Shown: in pieces, positions 61,077 through 64,000 of the stretch
Position numbering within the stretch: position 1 is the stretch's first letter
How the letters are laid out: every line of letters starts with the position of its first letter
Assembly: GCA_965215125.1 (NCBI GenBank)
Contig: OZ244052.1
Location: 1,216,001 to 1,280,000 of the forward strand
DNA length: 64,000 nt
Source: an uncultured candidatus Porisulfidus sp.
Lineage (GTDB): Bacteria > Pseudomonadota > Gammaproteobacteria > Poriferisulfidales > Oxydemutatoraceae
Reading direction: 5' to 3'
The notes under the pieces: model-generated
Database searches by the model: none
Told to the model about the DNA's origin: nothing
The model's input: only the letters and a program-made list of their open reading frames with translations
Program-made: the position numbers and the translations under genes

Positions 61077-62627
61077 ATGACTCATTCCCGACAAAACATG
61101 ACTGATATATTTTCAGGCTATATTGAAGCAATTGAAAATTGCAAGGTCTACGATGTGGCCTCCGTTACGGCACTGCAAGCTGCCCCCTATTTATCAAATC
61201 GCTTCGGGCAAAACATACTTTTGAAACGAGAAGACCAACAGTCGGTTTTCTCGTTTAAACTGCGGGGCGCATACAACAAAATTGCTCAATTATCGGATAA
61301 AGAAAAACAGGCGGGTATCGTCGCCGCTTCGGCGGGTAACCATGCGCAGGGAGTTGCGTTGGCAATCCAAAGATTGGGTGTCAAAGCAATTATCGTTATG
61401 CCGTTGACTACGCCGATGATTAAAGTCAAGGCGGTTGCACTGTTCAACCCGGATATTGTGCGGCACGGAGACACCTACGACGAGGCATATGCATATGCAG
61501 TCAAACTCGCCGCAAAACACGGCTACACTTTCGTACATCCGTACGACGACCCGCAAGTAATCGCCGGGCAGGGCAGCATCGGCATGGAGATACATCGGCA
61601 ATGCAAAGAGTCCATAGACGCTGTCTTTGTTCCGGTCGGCGGCGGCGGGTTGATTGCCGGGGTCTCGCTGTATTTGAAAAAATTCCGCCCGCAAACAAAA
61701 ATCATCGGGGTTGAGCCCGATGATGCGGCAACCTTATATACTGCCCTGCAGCATGGTAAGGCTGTCACGCTGGATAAAGTCGGATTATTCTCCGACGGTA
61801 CTGCGGTACGATGCATCGGCGAAGAGACTTTCAGAATCTCAAAAGCGTTGGTGGACGAAGTTATATTGGTCAACACCGATCAGATATGTGCTGCGATCAA
61901 AGATAATTTTGACGAAAATCGCACCTTGCTGGAGCCCGCCGGTGCGTTATCGATAGCAGGCTTAAAACGCTATATCGCTAAGTACCGATGTCTCAATGAA
62001 ACTTTGGTCGCTATCGCTTCGGGAGCGAATATCAATTTTGACCGCCTGAAGCATGTTGTCGAACGTTATGAGATTGGCGAGGGCACCGAATCCTTGTTGT
62101 CAGTGACAATACCGGAGCGACCGGGCAGTTTTGTCGACTTTTGTCGGACTATAGGCAAGCGAAAACTTACCGAGTTTAATTATCGTTATTCCGACAATGC
62201 CGAAGCCCGAGTATTTGTCGGCTTAGAGTTTGAGAATCTCAAGCGCGACAAACCCGAGACCATTGCCTCATTGCGGCGCAAAGGCTATGAAGTCGTCGAT
62301 CTCTCGGATAACGAAATGGCAAAACTACATATACGACACATGGTCGGCGGGCATCTGCAAGATAAGCAAGAAAACGAGCAATTATGTCGTTTTCAATTCC
62401 CGGAAAGACCGGGTGCGTTGCTGGAATTTTTGGAGTATTTTGCCACCCAAGACCTGAATATCAGCCTATTCCATTTTTCCAGCCACGGTTCGGAATATGG
62501 ACGCATACTGGTCGGTGTGCAAGTACCGTCCAATAAAATAGATCACTTCAAAAAAGCGATGCGGGAGTCTCGTTACCAATATCAGGACGAGTCGGATAAT
62601 CCCGCGTATCAACTATTTTTACGCTAG
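61077..62627 (+). CDS. ilvA: Biosynthetic threonine ammonia-lyase
   Basis: SFKLRGAYNK, ASAGNHAQG, GGGGL, two C-terminal regulatory PERPG motifs; start uncertain. Confidence 0.97.
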   Translation: MTHSRQNMTDIFSGYIEAIENCKVYDVASVTALQAAPYLSNRFGQNILLKREDQQSVFSFKLRGAYNKIAQLSDKEKQAGIVAASAGNHAQGVALAIQRLGVKAIIVMPLTTPMIKVKAVALFNPDIVRHGDTYDEAYAYAVKLAAKHGYTFVHPYDDPQVIAGQGSIGMEIHRQCKESIDAVFVPVGGGGLIAGVSLYLKKFRPQTKIIGVEPDDAATLYTALQHGKAVTLDKVGLFSDGTAVRCIGEETFRISKALVDEVILVNTDQICAAIKDNFDENRTLLEPAGALSIAGLKRYIAKYRCLNETLVAIASGANINFDRLKHVVERYEIGEGTESLLSVTIPERPGSFVDFCRTIGKRKLTEFNYRYSDNAEARVFVGLEFENLKRDKPETIASLRRKGYEVVDLSDNEMAKLHIRHMVGGHLQDKQENEQLCRFQFPERPGALLEFLEYFATQDLNISLFHFSSHGSEYGRILVGVQVPSNKIDHFKKAMRESRYQYQDESDNPAYQLFLR

Positions 62628-62911
62628 CTTTTTGCAGTTGCCAAACCGGATATCGCTTTTTTGACCGAATAGATTAAAAAGATTGCAATCATGACCAGCA
62701 ATGCCCCGGTGAAAAAGCTAAGTGCGTATAAAGAGATGACGCCACCGATAGCGGCTAATAATATAACTGTGTTTATGGTGCCCAATAGTCCTTGGACGAA
62801 GTTTCTTTGCATTTTATCTATTAGATTATTAAAAAATAGAAATACGAACCACATAATTATTATCAGCACACTACATACTAAAAAATAAAACAAATGCATT
62901 AAAAAATCCAT
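62624..62911 (-). CDS. Small hypothetical membrane protein
   Basis: AAGGAG RBS; three hydrophobic segments. Confidence 0.55.
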   Translation of the reverse strand: MDFLMHLFYFLVCSVLIIIMWFVFLFFNNLIDKMQRNFVQGLLGTINTVILLAAIGGVISLYALSFFTGALLVMIAIFLIYSVKKAISGLATAKS

Positions 62912-62986
62912 AATCGATCTCCTTGAGTTAAACGGTATTTTCGATGTTCCATAATATCATAATTAGTATCGTTCACTCATTGGGAA

Positions 62987-64000
62987 TTATATAGATAACT
63001 TGACAGATTTATTAGACCGCCTTGCTACCCTATCTTTTTGACGCTTCACAGACCAGCCAACGCTGCAATCTCCACGCCCGGTTGCGGTATTCCCGACCGC
63101 CAAAATGTTTAATGCAGCATTGACATCTGCATTGTCCTCGTGTCCGCAGTGCCGACACTTGAATATCGCTTGTGTTTTGCGGTTCGCTTTATCTACGCTT
63201 CTGCACTTGTTGCAGGTTTGACTTGTATATGCTGGATTGACCTTTCCTACATATGCTTTGTAGCTTAAGCATTGCTCCAGTTTATACCAGCCACTCTTTA
63301 GTATCTCTCTGTTCAAACCTGACTTCGCTCCCACATTCTTGCCCGGGCTGTCTATCGTCCCCTTCGCCGACTTCGTCATGCCTGCTGTATTCAGTCCTTC
63401 CATATAGACGATGTCGTATTTGTCCGCTATTAGCTTGCTGGTTTTATGACACCAATTCGCCCTCGTAAATCGCTCCGCTTGATACGCTTTCTGTAATTTA
63501 TACTTCGCTAGCTTACGCCTGTTGCTTCCCTTAACCCGTCTAACAACCATTCGCTGATAACGCTTGCGTCTTGCTTCCTTACGCTGTAAGTCGGGTAGGT
63601 AATACATGGTCCCGTCCGACAATGCTATCTGTCCCACATTCCTATCCAAACCCACTTCCTTTAGCATCTGCGATTTGTCCGCTAGCTCCACTTCATAGCA
63701 AATATATGCATACCAATTACCACATTCATACTTGACTTGACCCGATACAAACTTCTCACCTTTATACCTATCACCACCGGCAAACTTCATCCAGCCTACC
63801 TTCTGTATATACAAGTGACAACCCGATAGTTTTGCCGATTGATAATTGATTGGGAATGACGGGCTATGCGTATATTTGCCGTGAAACTTCGGCAATCCGT
63901 TGTTGCTCTTGAAAAATCCTTTGTATGCTATCTCTATCGGTTGTAATGATGATTTCACGATATAAGCGGAATAACCTTGCAACCACTTGTCGCAATGCTT
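62987..64000 (-). mobile_element. tnpB: TnpB RNA-guided endonuclease (IS200/IS605- or IS607-type); 5' end outside the window
   Basis: RuvC motifs GLDRN, YMEGL and NADVNAA.NIL; Zn finger TSQTCNKC...CRHC; frame open to base 64000. Confidence 0.92.

Overview
A 64 kb chromosomal window from a gammaproteobacterium. It is probably marine and sulfur-oxidising (Na+-NQR operon, soxYZ, several rhodaneses) and, by inference, an invertebrate or sponge-type symbiont (secreted eukaryote-like LRR protein, several sulfotransferases, an Rpn nuclease, shuffled gene order). Most of the window is housekeeping genes (trxB, aat, aroC, parAB, rsmG, mnmG, rpoH, dnaB, ribosomal proteins, lysA, nqrA-F, dinB, murJ, secB, gpsA, purMN, rpiA, ilvA) plus three tRNAs. 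Accessory content: an Rpn-family nuclease with a probable internal antitoxin start; a bufferin-type DUF2282/DUF692/DUF2063 RiPP cluster bracketed by inverted repeats; a MITE with a 6-bp target duplication; a ~28-repeat LRR protein; a CarH/LitR-like regulator lacking its B12 ligands, divergent from an AlkB/XylM-type monooxygenase; and a TnpB. The most unusual signal is a dispersed, AT-rich, duplicating and diversifying glycan-decoration set. It comprises four sulfotransferases (one pair duplicated together with a dead lysA fragment, one tandem pair with clustered amino-acid changes) and a NodZ-like fucosyltransferase fused to a catalytically dead copy of a nearby rhodanese. All assignments come from reading motifs by eye; no database searches were run.
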